Shown piece by piece: positions 1-13,900 of a DNA stretch of 64,000 bases. This DNA comes from Octopus bimaculoides. Its lineage: Eukaryota. The notes beneath the pieces are model-generated. The model was given only the letters and a program-made list of their open reading frames with translations, was not told the DNA's origin and ran no database searches. A program made the position numbers and the translations under genes. The first letter of the stretch is position 1. Every line of letters starts with the position of its first letter. The stretch spans positions 14,997,559 to 15,061,558 of the forward strand of contig NC_069002.1 of assembly GCF_001194135.2 (NCBI RefSeq), written 5' to 3'.

Positions 1-423
1 GATGATGATGATGATGATGATATATATATATATATGTATGTATGTTCCAAGCTGTGTCTTCTGTCAAGTACCAACATGATGCGTTTCCTGTTTCTGTTGG
101 TCATAGAAGTTTTAAAAATTACTAATGTTTGGATTTAGCATAAGGAAAAAAAAAACGATTCTATCTTTTACTCAAAGATTATCATCATTGTCATTGTTGT
201 AGACATCATTTAACACCGTGCTTAATACCAACTACTTTACAGAGTATGCTAGTTTATTTTTTAAGTTTTTGCAGGGTACCAGCACTAGTGATGATTAACT
301 TACAACATGCAAGCTTAAGGGTCTAATGTGGCCCCTACAAATGAAGGTGAATAAGAGAGAGAGCGAGCGAAATATAATCTTCAATCTTAACAAAGATGCA
401 TTGTTTTATTGTATTGAACTTAC

Positions 424-500
424 ACTCCATCAAATGTTGTCATGTGTGGGTCATTTAGTGACTTGCACAAAGCTGTCTTATCCTGATCCATGATTTTAAC
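424..500 (-). CDS. Exon C5 (77 nt): VWD start; gene continues beyond window
   Basis: [25 protein letters not shown]; AG/GTAAGT. Confidence 0.92.
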
Positions 501-3500
501 CTGAAAATAATAAAAAATATTGATATGCATAAGTTGAAGTGGAGACATTCATTGATGTTCTGTTTTTTTTTTCATATAATTTTTGATATTACAATTAGAA
601 GCCACAGCCTCATTAGTTACAGGCCCAATCGCTGGTGCTCTATTTCTTTGATGTGAGAATCCCAATCAAGGGAGTATCTACAACTCAATGTAAATCAAAT
701 ATAGTCAGTGATTTTGTAAAGGACTGGTTTTTGGGTTTTACCTTCCATGTTTACCTCATTTGCAGATATTAATCGGCAAAATGTATGTGCATACACTCAT
801 ACCCAAGCATGCACGTACAGACCCACACACAGACCCCCCCCCACACACACACACCTATGTGCCATCAAAAATGTCAGCAAATTGGATCAATGGATTCCTC
901 ACAAACTTTCTGAGTCTAATTGTGCACAGAGAGTGAATGTATGCTCTTCTTTGCAGTCAGATCTCATGAATGAACCTTTTTTGGACCGAATAGTGACTGG
1001 TGGCAATAAATGGGTTCTCTATAAAAATGTCAAGTGCCAACGACAGTGGGTAAGGAAAGGAGAAACACCAGCACCCCAGACTAAAGAAGGTTTTCACCCA
1101 CGTAAGGTGTTGCTATCTGTTTGGTGGGATGTGAAAGGTTTAGTCCACTTTGAACTTTAAAACCCAAACCAAACAATAACAAAGGAGATCTACAGCGAGC
1201 AATTTGAGTGGCTTAAGTCAGCACCAGAAGAAAAACTACCAGCTTTGGTTTCAGGATCAAAGGTGTTCTTCCATCAGGATAATGCTCAGCCACATACAGT
1301 GAAGATGACATTCTAAAGGCTGGAGCAGTTTGAATGGGAAACTTTGCCCCACCCACCTTATCCATTGGACATTGCCCCATCTGATTATCATTTATTCTGC
1401 AGTCTTTAAAATCATTTGGACAGAAAAAATATGAATTCTGTAGACAAAGTCAGAACAGTACTGGAGGAGTATTTTTCATCACGGAGAAGTGAATTTTGGA
1501 AGAGGGGCCTTGCAAGTCTATCAGATAGATGGAAGAACTTTATAGAAAATGAAGGAGAGTATATTTTAGATTAAAAAAGAACTTCGTTTATCTTAATTTT
1601 GAAAAATAAAAGAAGTGTAAAAAAAAACTCATTATTTATGGGATGACCCAATAATTAATTAATGAAGCTTTGTTTCATTTCTGAAGATTATGTTAATTAG
1701 TGTGAAATATTCTAGTTTTATCAACAACAATTCAGATATACTTAGACATTTTAAGCATCAGTAGATCCTTACCCACTGCATGTTGATGTCAGAAAAGGTT
1801 TGGAAGAGACACAGAATTCATTGTGTCACAAGTCCCTACTGCAAGGTATAAGGAAATTGTACATTGTCAAAATAAAAGCACTTTTATTAAGTGAAAATTT
1901 ACTCACCTTAACCTTATCAAGAATTATTTTAGAGGACCAATTCTGGGATGAAAATATGGCATCGATTTGGACACTGCGTTGCTGAGTTTTATCAATAACA
2001 CCATCAATGGTTGCTTTAATGAATATTAAAGTCTCAACCTTCCAGGACATTTTATTTGTGTTGTAGACGGCTCCACAGGACTTTGTTGAGTTGCTGTCGT
2101 TAGAAGAGCTGAGGTGTGGATTGGAAATAAATACAGCTTGTACAATATTTTCCTTGTTTGGACACTTGATCTCTTTTGATTTTGAATTTCGAAGGAAGGC
2201 CTTGATGTAAACTTGACATCCTTCATCTCGGTACATTAATGGACAGAAGAGACGTGGTGGAACTAAACTCTGGATATATATTGGTTCTGATTTTGAACCT
2301 TCTCTTAATTTGATGTCTTTGGTTATCACCTAGAAATGAAAGAGAGAGAGAGAGATAATATAGAAAAATAGATTTATGAAATCAATATTAAATCTATGTA
2401 AAATATGTTATACACTGACCACAATTACAATTCATCATCATCATCATTTAATGCCTGTTGTCCATGCTGGCATGGGTTGAACGGTTTGACCAGGGCTGGT
2501 GAGCTGGAAGGCGACACCAGACTCCAGTCTGATTCGGCATGGATTTCTATGGCTAACACCAACCACTCTGAGAGTGGCAACAATAATTAGTTAGCAATTA
2601 ATCTTCAACTCATTATATTTATAAGGAAGACAAAAGTTAGCAATTTCTTCTATTGTGAAAAGAACATTGAAATTAATTCCAATTTGCAGAACAAAGCAAA
2701 ATGAGTTGAATGAGTATTTTGTTACTTAGTAGCTGGGTTATTAGAGTCTGAATGAGTCGGTATCATTGGACAGTCATGATCATTCCATCTTCTTTTCACT
2801 GTTGCAGCATATTTGCTGACCCATTGTTACTTTTGATGAATCAACTGAATTTCTTACTCAGTAAATTAAGGGCTAAATAGTTAAGTATTCCCCAGAAACA
2901 TGTACCTTTAATGTCATCTGGTTCTATCAGCTATACAATAAGGTTAGACAGGAGCAATCCATCCAATTGTATTCCATCAACTAACTTTGACTCTTAGGGC
3001 TTGCATTGACCCAAGCCAGAGAGAAGAGATAGTTGCTTAAGGTGTCACAGGTTGAGATCAAACTAGGATCTGGTACTTATCCGCTATGTCATTAAATGTT
3101 GATTAAAAAAAAAAAACTAGATGGATAAATTCCATTCTAGACACACTACATCTATTTCATTTCAATTCCTGGACCAGGTGTGTTGTGTTCTTGAGCAGAA
3201 CACATCATCTTACGTTGCTCTGCAATCACTTTGACACTTCACATGTGGTACACCATGCACCTGTTCAAGCAACACTAATTTGATGGAGGGAATGAGCTAA
3301 TGTATGGGCACATATATTTCATCATTATAAACAAATCCTTTGTACAGGTTGTTTTGCAAAAGCTGAATGCTCCTACATCATCTTTGATGGGAGACTCTAT
3401 TCATAGATAAACTTATTAAAAAAAGCACAAATCTTGTACAACAGCTACCCAGGGTTTCCTGGTCAAAATAATAATTCATTCATGCTTACCTTGATTTCGA

Positions 3501-3900
3501 AACTGATAACATTGCTTTGTTTTGTTGTTCCTTGGCCCTTCTGACAATCATCTTTAGAACATGGTGTCACCATACAGTACAACTAAATAAATAAATAAAG
3601 CAAGTAAAGGAAAAAAGTTTGTCGTTATTTTGCTTTACTTTTGTAGCCAAAATGTTATAAAAATATCTGTATGTGAGTGAAAGACATCTAGTATTTGATT
3701 AGAGAATTGTCTAGATGTAAATTCCAAATTAATGTCTGTCTCATTGGAAAACCTGAGATCTTGTGCTTACTTGTGTCTGGACCGCTTGGTTTTGTAGACG
3801 AGAGTCATAGTGGTGTTGTGCAAGCTATTACTGACTTAAGACTTCAGCATGAGCATTACTGACAGCTATTGTTTTCAACATCTAGGATAAGATCAGTGAT

Positions 3901-3957
<57 letters not shown>

Positions 3958-4035
3958 ATGCATCTACAAAGTCTATAAAGAATGTATCAGAATGACTTGG
4001 TCAGTGAGTATGCACTACATCAGGGGCATAACTTT

Positions 4036-4134
<99 letters not shown>

Positions 4135-4312
4135 ATTTGAGACCACTTGGTATTATTTCTCTTAAAGGGTTCATAGTTTTTTTGAACAAATGCAATAAGT
4201 CACTGACAACAATTCCACTGAGACACTGGAATTATGTGCGTGCATATATACATACAAGTGTATGTATATACATATGGATGTGTGTGTATAACACACACAT
4301 ATATATTTATAC

Positions 4313-4345
<33 letters not shown>

Positions 4346-4561
4346 CTCTTTTCACTCTTTTACTCGTTTCAGTCATTTGACTGCGGCCATGCTGGAGCAC
4401 CGCCTTCAGTCAAGCAAATCGACCCAAGGACTTATTCTTTGTAAGCCTAGTACTTCTTCTATCGGTCTCTATTTTGCCGAACTGCTAAGTTACGGGGACG
4501 TAAACACACCAGCATCGGTTGTCAAGCAATGTTGGGGGGAAAAACACAGACACAAACATAT

Positions 4562-4600
<39 letters not shown>

Positions 4601-7600
4601 CGATGGGCTTCTTTCAGTTTCCGTCTACCAAATCCACTCACAAGGCTTTGGTCGGCTCGAGGCTATAGTAGAAGACACTTGCCCAAGGTGCCACGCAGTG
4701 GGACTGAACCCGGAATCATGCGGTTGGTAAGCAAGCTACTTNNNNNNNNNNNNNNNNNNNNNNNNNNNNNNNNNNNNNNNNNNNNNNNNNNNNNNNNNNN
4801 NNNNNNNNNNNNNNNNNNNNNNNNNNNNNNNNNNNNNNNNNNNNNNNNNNNNNNNNNNNNNNNNNNNNNNNNNNNNNNNNNNNNNNNNNNNNNNNNTAGA
4901 CGGAAACTGAAAGAAGCCCGTCGTATATATGTATATATATATATGTATGTGTGTATGTGTTTGTGTGTCTGTGTTTGTCCCCCCAACATCGCTTGACAAC
5001 CGATGCTGGTGTGTTTATATCCCCGTAACTTAGCGGTTCGGCAAAAAAGATCGATAGAATAAGTACTAGGCTTCTAAAGAATAAGTCCTGGGGTCGATTT
5101 GCTCGACTGAAGGCGGTGCTCCAGCATGGCCACAGTCAAAAGACTGAAACAAGTAAAAGAGTAAAAGAGTATATACCTACTAAAATCAAGTTAATTAACT
5201 TATGGTATTTCTCTACAAGCACTAAAATTGTATTGAGAGAAATGGCTATTAATTGATAAACATGGAATTGGAAAGACATGTAAAAACTTAAAAATCCTAT
5301 TTTAACATTAAGACTTGAATTAAACTGACCTGGCTACCATAACGGATTTCTGGAAGTTTCTTTTCTTCCATGTGACTCACTTCACCATTAAATTTCACTT
5401 CATGTTCAATAAGTTTTTTATTAAAGAACCATTGTATTGTGTAATTAGTGTTGTAGTTCTTTATGGCAGTATAATTGCAGGTAAATGTAACATGTTTGCT
5501 TTCTTTATTTTCTGATATGACAACTGTAGGAGGAGATTTCAGTTCTGGACGGCCTGCACAAATTAAGAAAAAAGTGTTAAGCAGAGTAAATTACTTCCAC
5601 ATTAGTAGGCAGCAAGGAGTCATGAGAATGATGTGCCCAATAGAAATGATAATTTTCATTTCACAGGGAGAAAGAAGCAAGAGAAAAACAGAGAGAAAGA
5701 GAGAGAGGGAGAGAGAGAGAGAGGAGGGAGAAGAATATTTAATTAACTTACCTATAACAAATTCCAATTTTTGGAGAATATTCCAGGAAGCCAAAAACAG
5801 TTTAAATTCCTCTACAACAATGTGGCTGTTGGATCCACTTGACTTAGGTTGGGCACCTCCAAAGATAAAGTCACACTTACTACCTGAAGGAGTAGTCTTC
5901 CGAGTGAGGACTGTTACGGCTTTAGTTATGGGTTTCCCATTCTTGGTAATCACACTGCCATTTTGTTGACTCCATGAAAATACAAAATCTGCTGTTTGAT
6001 TCAATTCAATTTGTTCAGTATTAACAGTCCAAATTTGTTTTCTTGTACTAACTGTAAACACTAGTTTACGTTTAGAGTAGAAGAGGGCATAGCCAGTAGA
6101 AGTACTCTCATCGCCACAGTTTGTAAACACGTAGGTATTTTCCTTCAAAGATTTGAAAGTCATAGTGAAACTGAAACTAATTCCTTGAAGACATTTTTCA
6201 GGATTTTGCAAGCATCCGATGTCTGGATTGATAATGACATATTGGTTGATACCATTGAATGAAAGAGCAATTTTATTTTGGGTCCTTGCAATAAGTTTTG
6301 GATTGCCGAATTGCTTGAAGTTGCCGATGTTTGTTATCAAGTAAGTGCTGTTGATATGGAGGAATTTTATATCGTAGAAAACAATTTTATCTTCTGAAAG
6401 TGGAAAACAAATACGTTTATAAATAAATAAATAAATGAATGAATGGTGTTTGTTTTCATATCTATCTTTTAACCATTAGAAATTTCTTAACTAATTATAA
6501 CTGTTGGCTTCAAGTAACAAATCTTTATATGCAAGGTGGTTCGGCCTGATTCTAGAAACAGTAGCCAACTCTCCCTCAGATTTCTCCCTCTAATCCACCT
6601 TCCTGTTCTTCCCACCACCAAGACTCACTGTGACTCATCATAACCACTATCATTCTCTCTTTCCAGCTACACACTGATTACTCCTACCCACTCTTGTATA
6701 ATGCAAAGTTTCATTTCTTCTCTCAACTAAGAAATCTATTCTGGAACTTTCCCTCATGCTTTAACCTTTCATCACCTCAGCATAAAGCTACTTCCAAATT
6801 CACTGTAGTCCCACTCGGTGAAAAGGAATTTCAGTTTTATGAGCTACGTAATTACTTCACTAGTGCTGGTGTTATGAAAAAGTACTTAGTACACTTTGAT
6901 AAAATGGTTGGCACTAAGTAGGATATCTAGCCATAGAAATCATGCCAAAGCAGACATTGAAGCATGGCTTAGTCTTCTAGAGTGTTGGATCCTGCCAAAT
7001 TGTCCAACCTGTGCCAACATGGAAGATGAATGTTAAAAGATGATGAATGGTCATAGATGTAATATCTTTTGACCACATACCTGGCTGAAAGATGACGAAC
7101 AAGATCTAGCAACTCCCCACAACCACACATATGATAACTTGCATAAGCTGTATTTCATTCTTTCCCCACAGCATGATATTCTTATATACCATATCCATTT
7201 ATAATCTGATCCCTGTCCCTTGTGAGTATGCCTAGCACTTTGCCACCATCTCTATCCTGCTGTCTCCCTCACTCTCTCTCCATCACTCTCTCTCCATCTC
7301 TCTCTCTTTCCTCAGGTTGGATAACCATGTTTCTCCTTTATGGCAGCACACCTGCTTCTGTCCCGTTCTCATTCCTTATCTCTCTCTCTCGCTCTCTCTC
7401 TCGCTCTCTGGTGAGGTAACCTTGTACCTCCTCTACAGCAAAACACCTGTTTCTGTCTCTCTGTCTCACTATAACATCATCTGACACAAAATCACCTCCA
7501 CCAATGCACCCCTATGACCTCAAAAGATTTTTGTCTTGCAAGTTACTTTGTGACCCTGTCAGTGCAGGTGCCACTTAAAAAGCATCCAGTCCACACTCTA

Positions 7601-10600
7601 AAGTGGTTGGTGTTTGAAAGGGCATTCAGCTATAAAAATCTTGTTGAAACTGATCTAGCCTGTGCTTGTGTCACATAAAAAACACTCAGTCCACACTTGA
7701 CTTACCTCGAATTTTTGTCCAACTTGTTTTAGAAATCAAAGTGTTGCAAGACTCAATGGGATTTTCTGGATTCACTTCACCAGGAAGATAACAGAATTCT
7801 TCAATTCTGCAGACGTCAGTCTATGAAGATATGTAAGATGAAAGAAATTTAAAAGATGTGAAATAGATTGTTGGATGTAAATAAAGTAACTACCTGTTAT
7901 ATGTTGTTGTTGGCACACCATCGCTTACGACGTCGAGGGTTCCAGTTGATCCAATCAATGGAACAGCCTGCTCGTGAAATTAACGTGCATGTGGCTGATC
8001 ACTCCACAGACAAGTGTACCCTTAACGTAGTTCTCGGGGATATTCAATGTGACACAGTGTGACAAGGCTGACCCTTTGAATTACAGGCACAACAGAAACA
8101 TGAAGAAAGAGTGAGATAAAGTTGTGGTGGAAGAGTACAGCAAGGTTCGCCACCATCCCCTGCTGGAGCCTCGTGGAGCTTTAGGTGTTTTCGCTCAATA
8201 AACACTCACAACGCCCGGTCTGGGAATCGAAACCGCGATCCTACGACCGCGAGTCTGCTGCCCTAACCACTGGGCCATTGCGCCTCCACTACCTGTTATA
8301 TATATACTCCCTATACACACTTTTACTGTACTCCTAATTATCCATCAACAATGTAGCTGCAACACTGTGATTGAATAGGGATCACAGTACAGAATATATT
8401 TGGTCATGTCACATGAACAACGGTTGTCTGAGAAACAAGAATGACCAAATACTTCAAACACAAAATACAAGCAACAGTGTTCCTTACTACTTGTAACACA
8501 GACAAACTTACAATGGAAACAATCAGTGTTACAATTCTTAAATGTTCATGACCATTTATATATATTTCCTTCCTTTTCCATGAGTTTCATTCATGTCACA
8601 CTCTCACCAGTTAAAATGGTTGAGTTGTCATCTGTTATTCAAATGCCAGCTGAATAACTGCAAATATATTCAAGAAACCTACTACCATCATCATCAACAA
8701 CTTTCTGTTTTTTCTCTCTACTTGGCCATTTTAACCAGAGTTAAATTTTCTACAATAAGAAGCAGAGTTATTATTCTCTAATGCTAGATACCAATAGCAA
8801 CAGGTGTGAATAATGTTTAACCATCCTATGAATAAAGGTAATTTTTCTACTTACTCTCGCTGTGCAGCCTTTTGTAAAGTTACAGTGATCACAGTTGGCA
8901 TTGTAAACCAACACTCTCATTAGAATACTGTAATTTACTCCTGTGTTACTTAACGACACGGTGTATAAACCAATTCCAGGAACAGTACAATAAGCAACAT
9001 TTGTGTTTTCAAAAATTGCTGAACTTGTGATATTCTTCACAATTGTTTGGTAATCTCTCTGAGAAAATAAATGAGATTTCATAATATAAAGGATATAAAA
9101 AGGGAAAAAAAAGAAAAGAAAAATTGGATTATTACATATGTACAAGAATATAAATTTTGGGGATGGGCATCAGCATTTTTAAAAATCTTGTTCCCCTACT
9201 CCAAATACTTGATTGCTATAATTATTTTATCAGCCTTTGCTTTGTGAAAGGGAAAGGTGAAGATAACCATAATGAGATTTGAACTAAGAACATAAAGGTT
9301 CATAACTTTAACCTGGCATTCCAGCCATTCTGCCAGTCTACCACCACAAAATATAATTCACTGTTCACCAGATGGTTATTTAATTTTGAAATGTATATTT
9401 TTAGATCATATATCATATCTGTCTACACCTCAATCTATCTATCTTTTTCTCTCTCTATCTATCAATTCACCTACCTTTCTCTCTCTCTATCTATCTATTA
9501 ATTTATCTACCTTTCTCTCTCTCTCTCTATCTACCTCTGTACTTACCTACCTGCCTGCCTGCCTACCTATATATTCAAAAATACCTATCTAAAAAACTGT
9601 ACAAAAAACCTTCTGGGAAAAGACTGTGAGGTGAAGGACAAACAACTTTCGAACAGTAAGTGACTCTCTCTCTCTCTCTCATCTTCCTTTCATGTGTAAA
9701 ACACAACTTCCGATAGGAACATGCTCAGAATAGGTTGTATAATGTACATGGCTTGGGGTTGCCTTGGAAACAAGGTTACCTGTTAAATGACATCAAGTCA
9801 CAAAATGTGCATATCATACACATTCAGTGTATGATATGCAGTGAGACCAGACTCTACAACCTGGGGGCCCTCCAGCAATGTTTGGCGGACATTTCAACAT
9901 TTATTTTTCTTTCCATGGTGCTTCTTCGGAAGAGTCTTGACCTCAAAGTAAGAGCAATATTCCTAGACCCGGAGGGTAGGCTGGTCATCTTGGATGTTGA
10001 TGGCAGTAATAGGTGTGCTTTTCGACTGATAACAGTTTATGCCACCCATTTCCACACCACTAATGTTATCCAAGGTAAAGGCTAAAGCTGATATGGCTAG
10101 GCACCTTCCAAGGCACAAATCCGGGCAAAGTTGTTTATGGAAGACCAAAAGTCATCCAAGCAAACCAGCCTCCTCTCTGTGTGCCACTAATGTTATCCCA
10201 GGGAAAGACAAAAGCCATAAAGCTTGGCACCAGTGACGTTGCAACTCATTTCTACAGCTGAGTGAACTGGAGCAACGTGAAATAAAGTGTCTTGCTCAAA
10301 AACACAACACACAACGTGGTTCAGAAATTGAACTCCCTACTCCATGATTGTAAGCCTGACACTCTAACAACAGAGCCATGTGCCTTCACCAAAATAGACC
10401 ATGTAAGAAAAAATATATACATTTATATATACTTACTGTGTAGTGATTTACTTTGCAACTAAAAGCTTTTGTTTTAACAAAGTTTTCACCTCTGATATAG
10501 ATATAGCACAGTGAACTATTAACACATCGGAACGTATAGGAACTAACGTCTGGTGGCACATCTTTCTCCACGGAACAATCTTCTCCAATGAAATTTTTAT

Positions 10601-10883
10601 CACAAAAACATTTTCCTGCAACAAAGAAATTTTACAGAGATTTTATTTTGATTTCATGTTACAATTATTGAACTGCAGTGTTACTGATTCTAGATCTCCA
10701 ATGCATAAACTGCTGGTTTTGCTAGTGAGAACGATGAAGGAATGGCTATGGTAAAATTCACTCTATGCGCCATCTAGTGGGATCAACTGGAATTCTGTAA
10801 TTGCAATTTGAACTTCTTAATGAAATAGACTAGACTCATCTCTATAATGATAATAATAATCTATCTATCTATCTATATATATC

Positions 10884-10945
<62 letters not shown>

Positions 10946-13900
10946 AACACATACAATAGACATGGCTATTTGGTTAAGATTAACTGTTTAAGATTAACTC
11001 CAATATTAACTGTAAAACTTGAAATGTAGTCTGCAGCATAAGGTGTTTGTAAGCAAACTCCATAGAAGGAGTTTGTAAGGACTGAAAAACAACATAGATT
11101 GCGGAGACTTCCAGGAGTGTAGTGGAGAGACTAAATAAGCACTGGAATGATTATAATGACAAGAAACTGTCCTCCATACTCTATCAACATGCCAAAGACC
11201 AGTATGATGGCACACTGCCAAAATTGACATCTGCATTTTGTCCAAGCATCCAAAGGACTCATCACTTAGACAAATATAAGAGTATATCCTTATAAACGAA
11301 ATACTAATTAGGAAATACAAATAGAGGTACCGCAATGCCATAGGCGCTACCCTCAGAGTATGCATACATGGATACTTTTGTAAGGAGGCAGTCAAGTAGG
11401 AAAATATGTAGGTCGCTAAGTAGATAGGTGGGAAGATAAGCAAGCAAATAAATAAGTTAGTAGGTAGGGGTATATATATCATCATCATCGTCGTCGTTTA
11501 ATGTTCGCTTTCCATGCTAGCATGGGTTGGACGATTTGACTGAAGACTAGTGAACCAGATGGCTACACTAGGCTCCAATCTGATTTGGCAGAGTTTCTAC
11601 AGCTGGATGCCCTTTCTAACACCAACCACTCCAAGAGTGTAGTGGGTGCTTTTACGTGCCACNNNNNNNNNNATGGCTACACTAGGCTCCAATCTGATTT
11701 GGCAGAGTTTCTACAGCTGGATGCCCTTTCTAACACCAACCACTCCAAGAGTGTAGTGGGTGCTTTTACGTGCCACCAGCACGAAGGCCAGTCAAGCGGT
11801 ACTGGCAATGGCCACGCTCAAAATGGTGTATTTTACATGCCCCCTGTACAGGAGCCAGTCCAGCGGCTCTGGCAACGATCTCACTCAAATGTCTTTACAC
11901 GTGCCACCGGCACAAGTGCCAGGAAGGCGACTCAGTGCACAGGTGCCATCACAATTTCACTTTTGCTTGCCCCAACAGGTCTTCGCAAGTCGAGTTACGT
12001 GTCTAATGAAGGAGACGACATTGGCATGGGTGCCAGTCGTCGAATTTAGTTTGATGTGTAGCATTTGAAACTGAATCAATTTTCCAAAAGTTGCTATTGT
12101 CTTAAACAAGAAAAATGTAAACATGCAAGAAAGAACGAAGCTAACAATTCCTTTCATATTCTTCCTTGGAAACACAGTGAGAAGTTGATTGGTCCAGTCG
12201 AGGATTTCTCTTAGAGATGCAATCATCTGGGTCTCTAGGGTCATTATTTATAAACGTATATTTGCTATATGAAATAAATGAATTGTTAAAACAAAGCAGT
12301 GAGTTCCTCACCTTTACTACAATTTCCATTTTGATTACAATCATTGGGACACATAGACTCAATAATATTTAGTGGTGGTCCTCTTGATCCATTCACTGTT
12401 ATCCACAAGTCAACATTGTTTTCAATCGAAGTCAAACATTGTTCTTTTAAGTTCTCTAAAGCAGACGAAGCCCAAGACTTGTCATCGGTGAGCTACAACA
12501 ACAATAACAAAGATCACAATGAAATATCATGGAAACAGGGAAGAGAGTGATTTAGTATATTGGTGTTTAATTAGATATACCAAGTCCTTAATTACAGTAT
12601 TATGCATCAATGTGTAAAACTTGTTTCGTTTGAAATAATAAATTTTTGAAACACTTAGATAAAAGAAATAAATATTTAGGCACAGGAGTGGTTGTGTGGT
12701 AAGTAGCTTGCTTACCGACCACATGGTTCTGGGTTCAGTCCCACCATGTGGCACCTCAGGCAAGTGTTTTCTACTATAGCCTCAGGCCGACCAAAGCCTT
12801 GTGAGTGGATTTGGTTGACGGAAACTGAAAGAAGCCCATCATATATATNNNNNNNNNNNNNNNNNNNNNNNNNNNNNNNNNNNNNNNNNNNNNNNNNTAT
12901 ATATATATACATATGTGTGTTTGTGTGTCTGTTTGTACCCCCCACCATCGCTTGACAACCGATGTCGGTGTGTTTATGTCCCCATAACATAGCGGTTCGG
13001 CAAAAGGAACCAATAGAATAAGTACTAGGCTTACAAAGAATAAGTCCTGGGATCGATTTGTTCGACTAAAGGCGGTGCCCCAGCATGGCTACAGTCAACT
13101 GACTGAAACAAATGAAAGAATTTATATTGCAGTCTTCAACCATACTCTTTAAGGCCTGCATAATCTTGAGATCAAGATTTTATAGACATATCATTTCACC
13201 TTATGTTGTAACTGCTGTTCTTCCTCTCATATCATTTCGTAACTACTCCCCCTTCTATGATTTCATTCTGCTTTCTCTCTCCCTCCAGCTCTTTATATTT
13301 GCTAGCAATACAAAACAACCTCCATTAGCCAAACTTCTCTTGAGAAGGGGAGCAGAATTTTTTGCAATATCTTCCTGGTCATTGATTGCATACCCATGAC
13401 TTTTTGCATATAATTCCTACAAGATATGATTATTACACAACTTTTGGCTTCCTGAAACAGCTGTTAAGTTAAAAATTAATTAATCTCTTTATATATATTT
13501 TTTGGTTTGTATTCTGTATATCTTGTGTGCTCCATGTAAATATATAGTAATAATAATGATTAATAATGAATGACAGTGATGAAAAATGAGAATGATACTG
13601 ACAATATCAATTATAATGCTGTCATGATGATGATGATGATGATGACAATAATGATGATAATAATGATGACAAAGATGATGGTAATGACAACAATCATAGC
13701 CACATCAGTTAAACTTACTTTGATATCTTCAACACATGAGGTTATTACATTTGAAAAGCTCACATCCTTAACTTTCTCACAATATTGGCCTGACTTGCTC
13801 TGCCGAATGAAGTCCATGCAATACTTGCGAGCATTTTCTTCTGTGATTCCACTTGGTGTTGGCCATGTACCCTCCTACAAAAGAAAGAAGTAAATAATAA

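Noticed and set aside
3869-4730. THTH/VCVC/YIYI ORFs here and at 19909-20366, 34874-35838, 52057-52479
   Set aside because: Dinucleotide microsatellites and SINE-B sequence; no protein-like content.
5475-5969. 164-aa + strand ORF; similar antisense ORFs at 37722-38078 and 13570-13893
   Set aside because: Shadow ORFs opposite real exons, with no recognisable motifs.
11559-11776. Exact 104-bp tandem duplication inside the family-C element
   Set aside because: The two copies sit on either side of a 10-N gap; this is the typical unmerged contig-overlap artefact.
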